DNA of 64,000 nucleotides. It comes from Lama guanicoe (taxonomy: Eukaryota). The position numbers and the translations under genes are program-made. The stretch lies in assembly GCA_013239625.1 (NCBI GenBank), contig MU054132.1:744001-808000 (forward strand), written 5' to 3'. Of the stretch, positions 25,810 through 38,346 are shown piece after piece (the first letter of the stretch is position 1; every line of letters starts with the position of its first letter). Under the pieces are notes generated by a model that did not search any database, was not told the origin of the DNA, and was given only the letters and a program-made list of their open reading frames with translations.

Positions 25810-28800
25810 CATTTCTCTGAAATAAATGCCTAAAAGTATACTACCCAACTGTTGGGTAGTATAGTATGTTTAAGTTTCCTAAGAAACTCCCAAAACATTT
25901 TCCAGAGTGCCCTTACTATTTTACATCCCACTAGCAGCATCAGAGATTTCGTTTCTTTGCATCCTCACCAAGCTCTTGGTATTGTCACTATTTTTTATTT
26001 TAGCCGTATTAATAAGTATGTAGCTATCTAACTGGATCTTAATTTGCACTTCCCTAATGGCTAGTGACACTGAACGTGAGCATGTGTGCGTATTCCTTAA
26101 GATGTTATATACATGAGGTCATGTCATTTGCAAGTAGAGATAGATTAACTTTTTTTCCAATCTGTGTTTCTTTTATTTGTTTCTTATAAACTGTCCTGGC
26201 TAGAACTTCTAGTACAATGTTGAACTGCAGTGGCGAGAATGGACTCCTCATCCTATTCCTGATCTTTGGAAGAGGGCATTCAGTCTTTCACCTGAAGTAT
26301 GATATTACATGGGAATTTTTCATAGAAGCTCTTTATCAAGTTGAGGAAGTCCCCTTCTATTCCTAATTTGTTTAATGTTCTTTTTTTCTTAATCATCAAA
26401 GGGTATTGTGCTTTGTGCCTTTTGAACTTATCCTACTAGTAAGGATATTACACAACTGATTTTTCCTGTGTTGAATCAATTTTGCATTCCTGGGTATAAT
26501 CTCTTTGAATGTTGCTAGACTTGGTTTGCTAATGTTGAGAACTTCTGTCTATATTCATAAGGGATACTGGTCTGTAGCTTTCTTTTTTTTTACAACGTCT
26601 TTGTCTGGCTTTGGCATTAGATTAATGCTGATCTCAAAGAATAACTTGAAAAGTGCTCCTTCTTACTTTTTTTGGAATAGTTCATGATAAATATTCTTTT
26701 AACATTTGGTAGAATTTCCTAGTGAAACCATCTGATCTGGGGCTTTTTTAGCGTGTGGGAAGTTTTTAAACTGAACTCAATCTCTTTACTTCTTACGTCT
26801 ATCAAATTTTATATTTCTTCTTAAGTTTTGTTAGTTTGTGTTTCTAGGAGTTTGTCCATTTCACCTACGCTACCTACTTTATTGGCATGATATTTACTGC
26901 TCATGGTATTATAATCACTTTTACTTCTAAAAGGCTGGTGGGAATGTCTCCACTTTCATTAATGAGTCTAGTTATTTCAGTCTCCTTTTTTTCTTGGTCA
27001 TTTCTAGCTAAAGGTTTGCAAATTTTGTTGATCTTTTAAAAGAAGAAACTATAACTTTTTTATTTACTCTATTATTTTCCTAGTCTCTATTCATTTATTT
27101 TCTTCCTTCTGTTTGCCTGAAGTTTATTTTGCTCTTCTTTTTCTAGCTTCTTAAAGTAGTTAATGTTATTGATTTGAGAGCTTTCTTCTTTGTGAATACA
27201 GGCATGTACAAGTATAAGTTTCCCTCTAAACACTACTTTAGCTGCATCCCATAGTTTCTGTATATTATGATTTTTGTCTTCATTCACCTCGAAGTATTTT
27301 CTAACTTCTCCTGTGCTTCCTTCTTTGATCCACTGGGTACCTTATATATTCTAGGTATGAGTCTCTGCCAGATATGTTGTTTATGAATATTTTCTTCCAG
27401 TCTATAACTTGTCTCTTTTTTTATTCTTTTCACAGACTCTCTGACAGAGCCAGTTTCTAATCTTGATGAAATCTAATTCACCTCTTTTTCCCTTTATGGA
27501 TCACGCTTTAGGAGTCATGTATAAGATTTCTTCACTAAGCCCAATTTCTGAATTTTTTCTCTGATGTTTTCTCCTAAAGTTTCTTTATAGTTTTACATTT
27601 AAACCTGTGATACATTTGAGTAACTTCATATAAGACATGAGGCTAGATCTAGGTATTTTGTGTTTTGTTTTTCCCTATAGATATCCAACTGTTCCAGCAC
27701 CAACTGCTGAAAAGATTACCTTTCCTTCACTGAATTGCTTTGACACCTGCCTTAGTCCTTTGGGCTGCTATAACAAAAAAAAGCATACACTGAGTGGCTT
27801 AAACAACACACATTTATTTCTCACAGTTCTAAATGCTGGGAGGTCCAAGATCAAGGCACTGATAGACTGATACGGTTTCTGGTGTGGGCCCACTTCCAGG
27901 TTTATAGATGGCCACCTCACTGTGTCCTCACATGGCAGAAAAGACAGTGAGAGTTCTCTGGGGTTTCTTTTATAAGGGCAGTAATCTCATTCATGAGGAC
28001 TCCATCCTTACAACTTAATTACCTCCCAAAGGCCCCAGCTTCCTAAAATCATAACACTGGGGGTGGAGGGGTTGGTATTTTAACACATGAATCTAGAGTC
28101 GGGGACACAAACATTCAGTCAAAAAGCAGTTGGCTGTACTTGTGTGAGTCTATTTCTGGGTCTTCTATTCCAGAATACTTCTCTTCTGTTCCAGTGATAG
28201 ATGTGGCTATCCCTCCACCAATACCAGTCTTGATTACTGTAGCTACAAACTAAATCTTGAAATGGGTAATGTGATTCCTTCCATCTTATTCTTCTTCAAA
28301 ACTATTTTACCTATTTCTAGTTTCTTTGCCTTTCCATATACAAATCAGAGTAATCTTGTCCATATGTATAAAAATCCTGCTAAAATTTTCACAGGAATGC
28401 ATTATATTCGTATATCAATTTAAGATATGTTTCATCTATGTTTCATCTTCCAATCTGTGAACATGATTTCTCTCTCCACTGAGATCTTTGATTTCTTTAA
28501 TCAACACTGTATAGTTTCCAGCATACAAGTCCTGAACATATTTTGTTAGATTTACATCTAACGTTTTTTTCTGAGCCACATTGTTTTCAGTTTCCCTGTG
28601 TTAACTGTTAGTGGAAAGAAATATAACTGATTTTTATATGCTGACCTTGTATCCTGCAACGGTGCTGAACTCACTAATTAGTTTTGCAGTCTTTCTTGTA
28701 AATTCCTCGTGATTTTCTAAGTAGATTATCATGTCCATCTGCAAATAGGAACAATATTTATTTCTTCCTTTTTATAATTTCTTCAAACATTTTTTCTGTA

Positions 28801-29250
28801 CCACTCCATCTCCTCTCCTTTTAGGACTTTGATAACATGAAAGATAAGCCTTTTGTTATTGTTCCATTAGTCTCTGAAGTTCTCTTCATTTTTCTTCAGT
28901 TTATTTTAAATCCCTGTTGGTCAGGCCAGATAATTTTTATTCTTCCACCTTCAAGTTAACTGACTTCTGTTATCTCCATTTTGTCACTGAGTCTAGTCCA
29001 TGAATTTTAAATTTAGATTCAGTTATAAAATATCCAATTTTAAATTTAAATGCCTAGCTTTCCATTTGTTTCAAGAATGTTCACCTTCACTTCTTAGAAC
29101 AAGGTTTTAATTAATATTTTAACTATATTTTTCCTCTAAATTCTTTGATAATTCCAGCATCAATGTCACATCATGGTTGCCATCTGTTAACTGTCTTTTC
29201 CTCTGATACGGTGAGATTTTCCTGATTCTTTATATAGGGAGTCACTCTGA
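25810..29250 (-). mobile_element. Cluster of old antisense L1M fragments, mostly ORF2
   Basis: ORF2 remnant QKLWDAAKVVFRGKLI..KKLEKEEQNK at 27087-27287; continuous L1-type text. Confidence 0.75.
27748..28125 (-). mobile_element. MLT1A-like MaLR LTR inside L1
   Basis: ttagtcctttgggctgctataacaaa...gtggcttaaacaacacacatttatttctcacagttct...ggggacacaaacattcagtc. Confidence 0.85.
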
Positions 29251-30565
29251 ATGTTTGGATACCATGCTATGTTATTCTGGATCTTGTGTAACTTCAATGG
29301 AAAATGTTGACTTTTTTTTTTTAACAGCAATCAACCTGATTAGGTCCAATCCACAAGTTCCAATCCACTTTCTATGGGCTGTGGTTCCAATATCAGTTCA
29401 ATTTTCAAAGCCCTTGCAGCACCATTTTGATCTGTTTCATGTATACCGTGCAGTGGCCAGCATAGGACTTGGGCAGTAGTCTAGCCTATGGGATGCTGTT
29501 CAGGGTCAATGCAATCTTCCTGATATGTGCCAGCTCCCAGGGAACCTGTTCCCAGTCTTTTAGCTAGGAAGCAAGGGCTTTTGTTTCCCTGCTCTGCTGA
29601 GCACCTACCACAACTGTGATTGACTCCCAGGTAAAGTGGTAAGGATTAAGAACAAAATCAGCAAATCTCTCCATGCTATTGGGACCATAATCCCTATAAA
29701 CTAAAGGATTCCTGTCCCACCTGGCTGCTTTCACCACTATAGAATTTCATGGGGCAAGAGAAGGAGAAAATGGTGGGGAGGAGCAAACAAAACAGAAGAG
29801 AGTCTCTTCCTCCATCCCTACCCCCTACTCCCTTAAGAATCCTCCAAATAAAATCAGAAATGAAAGAGGAGACAATATCATAGAAATACAAAGGATCATA
29901 AGAGACTACTATGAAAAACTAGACACCAACAAATTTGACAACTTAGAAGAAATGAACAGATTCCTAGAAACATATGACCAACTGAGACTAAATCATGAAG
30001 AAAAATCTGAACAGACCGATTACTAGTAAGGAGATTGAATCAGTAATCAAAAATTACCCCCATCCCTACCAAAAAAAGCCAAAAAACAAAAAAACTTCCC
30101 AACAAATAAAAGTCCAGAACTAGATGGCTTTACTGCTGAATTCTACCAAACATTTAAAGAATTAATACCAATTCTTTCCCAAACTCTTCCAAAAAGCTGA
30201 AAAGAAGAGAACACTTCAAAATTCATTTTATGAGACCAGCATTACCCTGATACCAAAGCCAGACAAGGACACTACAAGAAAAGAAAACTACAGGCCAACG
30301 TCCCTGATGAAAACAGATGTGAAAATCCTCGACAAAATCTTAGTAAATTGAATTCAACAGTACATTAAAGAGATCACACACTATGGTCAAGCTGGATTTA
30401 CTCCTGGGATACAAGGATGGTTCAACACACATAAATCAGTAAATGTGACACGCCATATTAACAGAAAGAAGGATAAAAATCATATGAGCATCTCAACAAG
30501 TACAGAAAAGTATTTGACAAAGTTCAACATTCTTTCATGATAAAAACTCTCAACAAATTGGTATT

Positions 30566-30670
30566 GAGGCGCAGGGTATAGCTCAGTGGTAGAGTGAATA
30601 CCTAGCATGCATGAGGTCCTGGGTTCAATGCCCAGTACCTCCATAATAGATAGATAAATAAACCTAATTG
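30566..30670 (+). mobile_element. Vic-1-like SINE nested in L1
   Basis: gggtatagctcagtggtagagtg...gaggtcctgggttcaatgcccagtacctcc followed by aataaacctaatt. Confidence 0.9.
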
Positions 30671-31560
30671 GGCATAGAAGGAAGTAACTCAACATAGTAA
30701 AGACCATATATGACAAGCCCACAGCCAACATCACAATCAATGGTGAAAAGCTCAAAGCTTTTCCCCTAAGAACAGGAAGACAAGGGTACCCACTCTTGCC
30801 ACTTCTATGCAACATAGGACTAGAAATCCTAGCCAGAGAAATTAGGCAAGAAAAAAAATTAATATTCAAATTGGAAAGGAAGAAATAAAATTATCTCTGT
30901 TTGCAGATGACATAATCTGATGTCCTAAACTCCAACAAAGAACTGTTCAAATTAATAAAGAAATTCAGGAAAGTTGTAGGATATAAAATCAATATACAAA
31001 AGTCAGTTGCATTTCTATATACTAACAACAAACTATCAGAAAAAGAAATTAAGGAACCAAACCTATTTACAATAGCATCAAAAAGAATAAAATACTTAGG
31101 TATAAATTTAACCAAGGAAGTGAAAGACCTGTACACTGAAAACTGTAAGACACTAATGAAAGAAATTGAGAAAGACATAAATTTAAAAATATCTTAAGTT
31201 CATGGATTGGAAGAATAAATATTGTTAAAATATCCATACTACTCAAAGCAATCTACAGATTCAATGAACCCCTATCAAAATTCCACTGGCATTTTTCACA
31301 GAAACAGAAAAAAATAATTATAAAATTTGTATGGAACCACAAAAGACCCCCAAAAGCCAAAGCAATTTTAGAAAGAACAAAGCTAGAGGCATCATACTTC
31401 CCAATTTTAAGTTACATTAAGAAAGCTACAGGAATCAAAATAGTATGCTTCTGGCATAAAAACAGACACACAGACCAATGCAACACAAAAGCAAGCCAGA
31501 TATAAACCTACACATATAGGGTTAACTAATCTTTGACAAGGCATCAAAAATACACAATGG

Positions 31561-31950
31561 CCAGAAAGAGAAAGAAAAATACCATATGGTATCACTGATA
31601 TGTGGAATCTAAAAAAAAGAAAAAAAGAGGACACTAATGAGCTCATCTACAAAACAGAAAGAGACTTGCAGACATAGTAAACAATCTTCTGGTTACTGGG
31701 GGAAAGTGTGTGGGAAGGGATAGATTTGGGAGTCTGAGATTTGCAAATATTAGCCACTACACATATAAACAGATAAAAACAAATTTCTGTATAGCACAGG
31801 GAACTATATTCAATATCTTGTAATAATCTTTAATGAAAAAAGAATATGAAAACATATATATGTATATGTACGACTGGGACACTGTGCTGTACACTGGAAA
31901 CTGACACATTGTAACTGACTGTATTTCAATTTAAAAATACATATATATAC
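31561..31950 (+). mobile_element. Young L1 3'UTR nested in the older L1
   Basis: Close match to 6630-6998; flanks tacacaatg / cacacaatg. Confidence 0.85.
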
Positions 31951-32200
31951 ACACACACAATGAAGAACAGTATCTTCAATAAATGGTGTTGGGAAAATAG
32001 GCTATCCACCTGCCAAAGAATAAAACTGGATCCCTATCTTGCACCATTCATAAAAGTTACCTTACAATGGATTGAAGACTTAAATGTAAAATCTAAAACC
32101 ATAAAAATACTAGAAGAAAACAGAGAAAAAGCTCCTGCCATTAATCTTGGCAATGGTATTTGTACATGACACCAAAAGAACAGGGAAAAAAGCAAACAAA

Positions 32201-32505
32201 TGAACTTATATATAAAACAGAAACAGACTCACAGACATAGAAAACAAATTATGGTTACCATAGGAAAAGAGGGTGGGAAGGGATAAATTGGGAGTTCGAG
32301 ATTTGCAGATACTGACTGGTATATATAAAATAAATAAACAAGTTTACACTGTATAGCACAGGGAACTATAGTCAATATCTTGTAGTAGCTCATGGTGAAA
32401 AAGAACATGAAAATGAATATATATATATATTCATGTATGACTGAAGTAATGTGCTGTACACCAGAAATTGACACAACATTGTAAACTGATTATACTTCAA
32501 GAAAA
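32201..32505 (+). mobile_element. Young L1 3'UTR nested in the older L1
   Basis: Match to the other young L1 tails; TSD aaaaaagcaaacaaa on both sides. Confidence 0.85.
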
Positions 32506-33815
32506 AAAAAAGCAAACAAAAAGAAAAACAAAACTACATTGCATTAAAAGGTCCTGCAAAGCAAAGGAAATAATCAATAAAATGAAAAGACAATCTACAG
32601 AATGGGAGAAAACACTTGCAAACCATATATTTGATAAGGGATTAATATCCAAACATAAATCTCTCAATAGCAAAACAAAACAAAAACCAAATAAATAACT
32701 TGATTTAAAAAATGTGCAAAGGACCAGAATAGAAATTTTTCAAAAAAAGACATACAAATGACCAACAAGTACATGAAAAGATGCTCAACACCACTAATCA
32801 TCAGGAAAACACAAATCAAAACCACAATGAGATATCACCCCACACTTGTTAGGATGGCTTTCACTAAAAAAAAAAAAAAAAGACAACAGGTAACATATAC
32901 TGGCAAGGATGTGGAGAAAAGGGAATCCTTACACACTGTTGGTGGGAATGTAAATTGGTTATAGCCATTATGGAAAACAGTATGGAGGTTCCTCAAAAAA
33001 ATTAAGAGTCAAACTACCATATGATTCCTCAATTCCACTTCTGGGTATACATTCAAAGAAAATGAAATCTTTAAGAGATATCTGCATGTCTATGTTCACT
33101 GCAGAATTATTCACAATAGCCAAGCTATGGAAACAATCTAACTGTCCATCAATAGATAAATGGCTAAAGAAGATGTGGGGTGTATGTGTGTGTGTACAAT
33201 AGAATATTATTTGGTCATGAGAAAGAAGGAAATCCAGCCATTTGCAACAACTCAGAAGACCCTAGAGACCATGATGGTAAGTGAAATTAGACAGAAATAG
33301 AAGACAAATATTGTATGATCTCCCTTATATGTGGAATCTTAATAAAAAAAGTGTCCAACTCATAGAAACAGAGAATAGAATGGTGGTTACCAGGGCCTGG
33401 GGGAGATGGAGAGAGGCTGGTCAAAGGGTAGAAGCCTTCATTTATTAGATGAATAAGCTCTGGGGATCTAACGTACAGCACAGTGACTGTAGTTAATAAT
33501 ACTGATGTACTTGAAATTTGCTGAGAGAGTAGACTATAAGTATTCTCACTACCAAAAAAAGGAAAAGAAAAGTCAGCTGATGGATGTGTTAATTAACCTG
33601 ACAGTGGTAATCATTTCACAAAATATACATGTGTCAAATCATCATGTACACTTTAAATATGTACAATTTTATTTGTTAATTATACTTCAAGAAAGCTGAA
33701 AAATTAAATAAAATAATTTTAATAAAATAAGAATAGATAGATGCTTGGTAAATATTTACCTATAGATTTACATTAAAAAATATATAGTAAGATACAGACT
33801 TCAACTACATATTTA

Positions 33816-34456
33816 TGCTGGGAAACAAGCAGCTGGAAAGCAAGCCTCACCTAAATTTCCATGAGCTTAAAATATTATATTCACACTTACTTGCTTAAAA
33901 TGCACATGCTTGCTTTGTTTTAATGTTTTACGCAGTACATGACCTATAGCACGTATTATGCTAAAGAAAATTTGTAAGGAGAAATCCTAAGACTGACCAT
34001 AAGGGCATGAAGGAGGGCAGATATTTCCTTAGGGTAAAACAATGGTCCTGGAAAGCCAGAACTTTGTTCTGGCGTGAAAGCACGCTGTTTAACCTGAGGG
34101 AAGTATTTGCTATCTCGAGATGTCCCAGAGGCAATAACAGGACAGACTTAGAAAATTTTCATACCCCAAGGAGGGTGATTGTTTCTGGAAGGGATAGGCC
34201 TGAAATTAATCAGTTAACCAGCAAGCAGAACTTAGTGCTTATTGCATGAAATATCTAAAGCCCCACCTCTTTGATCGAATATTTTTCTGAGATGTATACT
34301 CCTAATAAATATGATGTTGACCAGGCTTTTGGCACTCTAGATCCACGAGATCTTGAGTCCCCTGGTCCCATCTTTGCTCTTTACTTTGTCTCTTTGTTTC
34401 TTAAGTCTTGTGTTGCCCGTCCTCAGACACGGTCGCAAGCTGCCCTGGATGCAGCA
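33816..34456 (+). mobile_element. Solo ERV LTR, 641 bp, probably class II (betaretrovirus-like)
   Basis: Inverted termini TGCTG...CAGCA, perfect 6-bp TSD TATTTA at 33810-33815 and 34457-34462, AATAAA at about 34304. Confidence 0.8.
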
Positions 34457-34479
34457 TATTTACATCCTTCTCAACCTCA

Positions 34480-36680
34480 AAGCTAAAATCAAGCCAAATG
34501 GGAACATACTAGAATTCCCACCAAAGTTAGAGGCCACACAAAGCTATGCTCTTCACCACCACTATTTACAAGTTGTGGAGGTATTACCAATCACAATTAG
34601 GCAACAGAAAGAACATAGGCAACACAGATATACAATTGGGCGAAAAAAAGGTCAAATTATCATTATTTGCAGATGATATTACATACAAAAAAAATCCAAG
34701 AGAATCGGGTGGGAGGTATAGCTCAGCGGTAGACTGCATGTCTAGCATGCACAAGGTCCTGGGCTCAAACACCAGTACCTCCATTAAATAAATAAATGAA
34801 CCTAATTACCTCCCTTCCAACAAAATTTAAGTAAATAAATGAGCAAGTAAATAAATAAATAGAAATAAATTTTTTTTAAATCCAAGAGAATCAACTGGAA
34901 ATCTCTTCCAGTTGATAAAAGAATCAGGTAAGGTAACAGAAATTAATATATAGAAATCAATGCCTTCACATATATCATCAAGTAGGTAAAAGGTGTAACA
35001 CTTCAGCACTAAAAACAAACAAAAAAGACCTGAGAACAAACTTGACAAGAAATGTCAAGAAATCTCTCAAAAATAAGAGAAGACGCAAAGAGAAAGGAAT
35101 TCAATTTTCTTAATGGAGAAGACTCATCACCAAAATGTCACTCTTCCTACATGAACCTAAAAATGCCCCAGTGAAAACAAACAGGACTTTTAAAACCAGA
35201 CAAACTTATTTTAAAGTTCATATAGAAAAACAAAAATAGTCAGGAAAAGTTCTGAAAAATCAGGTAACAAATGAAAATTAACTTTACCAAATATCAAAAC
35301 ATGCTATATAAAACTAGGGTAATGAAAGCAATATGGTACCAACCATTAAAACATGGATTAATGTACACAATAGAAAGTCTAGAAATAAACGCAAATACAT
35401 ATGTGCTAAAGCATATCATATATAGTAAATGATAAGAGCTATTTAAACAAGTGGGAAAAGATGAATTGTTCAATAAAAGGTGTTACAACAAATAGGTGGC
35501 CAATTGGAAAAAATTAAGTTGGATTCACACCTCGCACCAAAATAAATTCCAAATGGATAAAAGACTAAAAGGTAAAAAATGAAACACAAAAAGTACTTTA
35601 AGAAACCACAGGATAATTCTTCATACTCTTCTACTAGGGACGATCTTTCTAGGTATCCAGAAATCTTAAAAGGCAAACAAATATGACCCAATTAAAAACC
35701 AAAATTTTTTTCATGACAAAACCATCCTAAGTAAAAAGATAAATAGTCTACAAAAATGTAACTGTAATTCATATCACTAACAAAATGCAAAGTTCTTTTA
35801 TATAAAACAATTTTTACAAAATTGATTAAAAAACACCAAAGCCCAACAGAAAAACAGTCCAAGAATACAAACAGGTTTTTCACAGAAAGGAAAACAGAAA
35901 TGGTCCTTCAACCTTAAAAAACTACCCCTGATATAACATGAGCATTCATTCTATTATTCTTTTAACTTTCTGTCAGCTGAACTAAGAAGTTTGGGGGGAA
36001 AAAATCTACACAGAGAAACGATTTTTTCATCTATCAAACTGGCAAAGATTAAGGTACCACAGTGTTGGTGAGGGTGTGGACAAACAGGCACTGCCCCACA
36101 CAGCTGCAGAACGTATGTGGACAAAACCTCTACAGACATTTATCTGGTAAGAGCCATCAAACCCACAAAAGCACATTCTCACCAACCCAGCACTCCTGCC
36201 TCAGGTAAGTGACCGCACAGATGCACCTGGCCACACATGGACTGGTGCATACAGAATGTTACTCACTGGTGTCTGCATTAGCAAAATCTAAAACCATCTT
36301 ACATGTCCATCAACAGAGCTCTGGCTAAATAAACTAAGGTACATCCTGACAATGGAATATTATCCAGTTGTAAAATACAATGAGAAAGCTCTTATGTACT
36401 AATAATGAGCTATCACAAACACACAGAAAAAAGCAAGGGATAAAGTGTGCTACTTTCATGTAAAAGAAAAGAGCTCTCTTTGTATTTGTATTATGCACAG
36501 AACAGCCCTGAACTGACACTCGAGAACTTGTAACACTGGCTGCCTCTGGGGAAAGGATCTGGTGGCCAAGGGCAAGATGGAAGGGAATTGTTCTTGTGCA
36601 TACCCTGTTGTATCTTTTAAATTTTGTGCTACGTGAATGCAGTACTGCACAGAAAAGCTAAAATTTAAAATTTATTAATG
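34480..36680 (+). mobile_element. Old degraded L1M ORF2 and 3' fragments
   Basis: KVKLSLFADD remnant at about 34650; A-rich L1-type text. Confidence 0.65.
34707..34877 (+). mobile_element. Vic-1-like SINE
   Basis: tRNA-like head ggtatagctcagcggtagactgcatg; perfect 15-bp TSD aaatccaagagaatc. Confidence 0.92.
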
Positions 36681-38346
36681 CTTCCCTGTAGAAGCAGGGA
36701 AGCCTTCCACTCTGAGCTTCTGTAACTGTATTTCCACCCTGCCCTGTGTATTTTCTGACTTTCTCAGCCTCCCCTGATCAACTGTGGTCCCTCTTGGGAG
36801 AAGGTCACAGCTGAATCACCTGTGTTCCCTAGAACACCCAGCACCTCATTTGGTGTCTAGAGGAAAGTCACTGCAGGTCTATTCACTAAACTAGTCCATT
36901 GGTGCAAACAATTCATCTTTGGGGGAAAGAAGATTTTTCTGAAAGTTACTCTGCAAAGTGGACCAATGATCGGCACATGAAATTCTGCTTCTCTAAGCAT
37001 CAAAATTAGCCAAAGAAGCTGGAAGAATTTTTAGCAGACTTAGCTAAGGATACTGAAAAAGGAAAGGAGTTTCAGTTAATGAATGAAAGCTGATTTTGGA
37101 GAATATGAAGCCTGAAAAGAAACATATTCAAGAGGATGATAACTGCCACATTTAGAATAGTTGTTGGGATGCCACAGCAATATCTGGATTGAAGGAAGAC
37201 CAGATTACATTAATTGGTTGTGATGGTTGTTGGAAGTAACCACGCAGGGGATGTCAACCCTCTTCACAACTGAGCATCAACAAATATGTTAAAGATTTTC
37301 TTCCACAATGCCGGCTACCTAATTTTTTATTCCCTCTTGACTTGGCCAGCAATGACCAACAAAGGGACTGAACTGACCACTGATAAGAACATGGGCAGAC
37401 AATTTGTTTTAGAGCTAGAAACAACCCAGGAGCTCAATGGGGTAGCCCTGCCATTTCACAAGCTAAGACCTTTGGCCCAGGGGGAGAGAGGGCTGAGCCT
37501 AGGTCCTACCTGGCAGCAGCATGGCCAGGACCAGCCTCTGCTCTCAGCCATACGTGGGCACAGCCAGGCCACGCAAAATGGAGGCCCCTTGCCTATTTTC
37601 TTGATGGAAATGTGGTCTGCTGCAAGGCACCACAGTTCTTGAGAGCTTACCCCAAAGTGGATGTGTGATGAGTCTCCATTTTATTACTATCTCAGGAGCT
37701 TTTAATGTAAGTGTTTCATGGAAGATGGTTCCATTCCAAACACAAAATGTGCAAAAGAGCTGTTTGTGAGAGGAAGAGTACCAAAAGAGCCAAGAGATGA
37801 GGTTCACTGGGGCCCTTCTCCTTGGAACACTTTTTGCAATAAATGTTACTGGGAAAACTGGATAGCCACATGCAAAAAAGTTAAGGTGGATCCTTACTTA
37901 CACCATATACAAAAATTAATTCAGAATTGATTAAAGACCTAAACAAAAAGCTAAAACTATAAAACTCTTTAAAGAAAACATAGGGTACAAGCATCATGAT
38001 ACTGGATTTTGCAAGTATTTCTTGTATATGACATAAAGTACAGGTAACAAAATTTTAAAAAATAGACAAATTAGATTTCATAAAAATTAACCATTTTGTG
38101 CATCAAAATATGAACAAAATGAAGACATATGAGAAAATATTTGAAAAATATAATAGGGAATTAATATTCAGAATATAAAAAGAACTCCTACAACTTAGCA
38201 ACAACAACAAACAATCTGATTCAAAAATGGTCAAAGGACTTGAATAGTCATCTCTCCCAAGAGGATACACAAGTGGCTAATAAAGACATGAAAAGATGCT
38301 CAGGATCACTAATCATTAGGGAAATGCAAATCAAAACTACAATGAG

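Larger units (their letters stand above)
29845..33730 (+). mobile_element. Older L1 (ORF2 RT region to 3'UTR) with three nested insertions
   Basis: tttgcagatgac (FADD, RT motif) at about 30900; [15 protein letters not shown] and [17 protein letters not shown] remnants; frame disrupted. Confidence 0.9.

Noticed and set aside
30566..30645. tRNA-like sequences with A and B boxes here and at 21005, 34707 and 44642
   Set aside because: They carry A-rich tails, TSDs and copy-specific mutations, so they are SINEs and not tRNA genes
36900..37830. Possible ancient LINE remnant (FITISGAFN at about 37680 resembles an endonuclease GDFN motif)
   Set aside because: A single weak motif is not enough for a call
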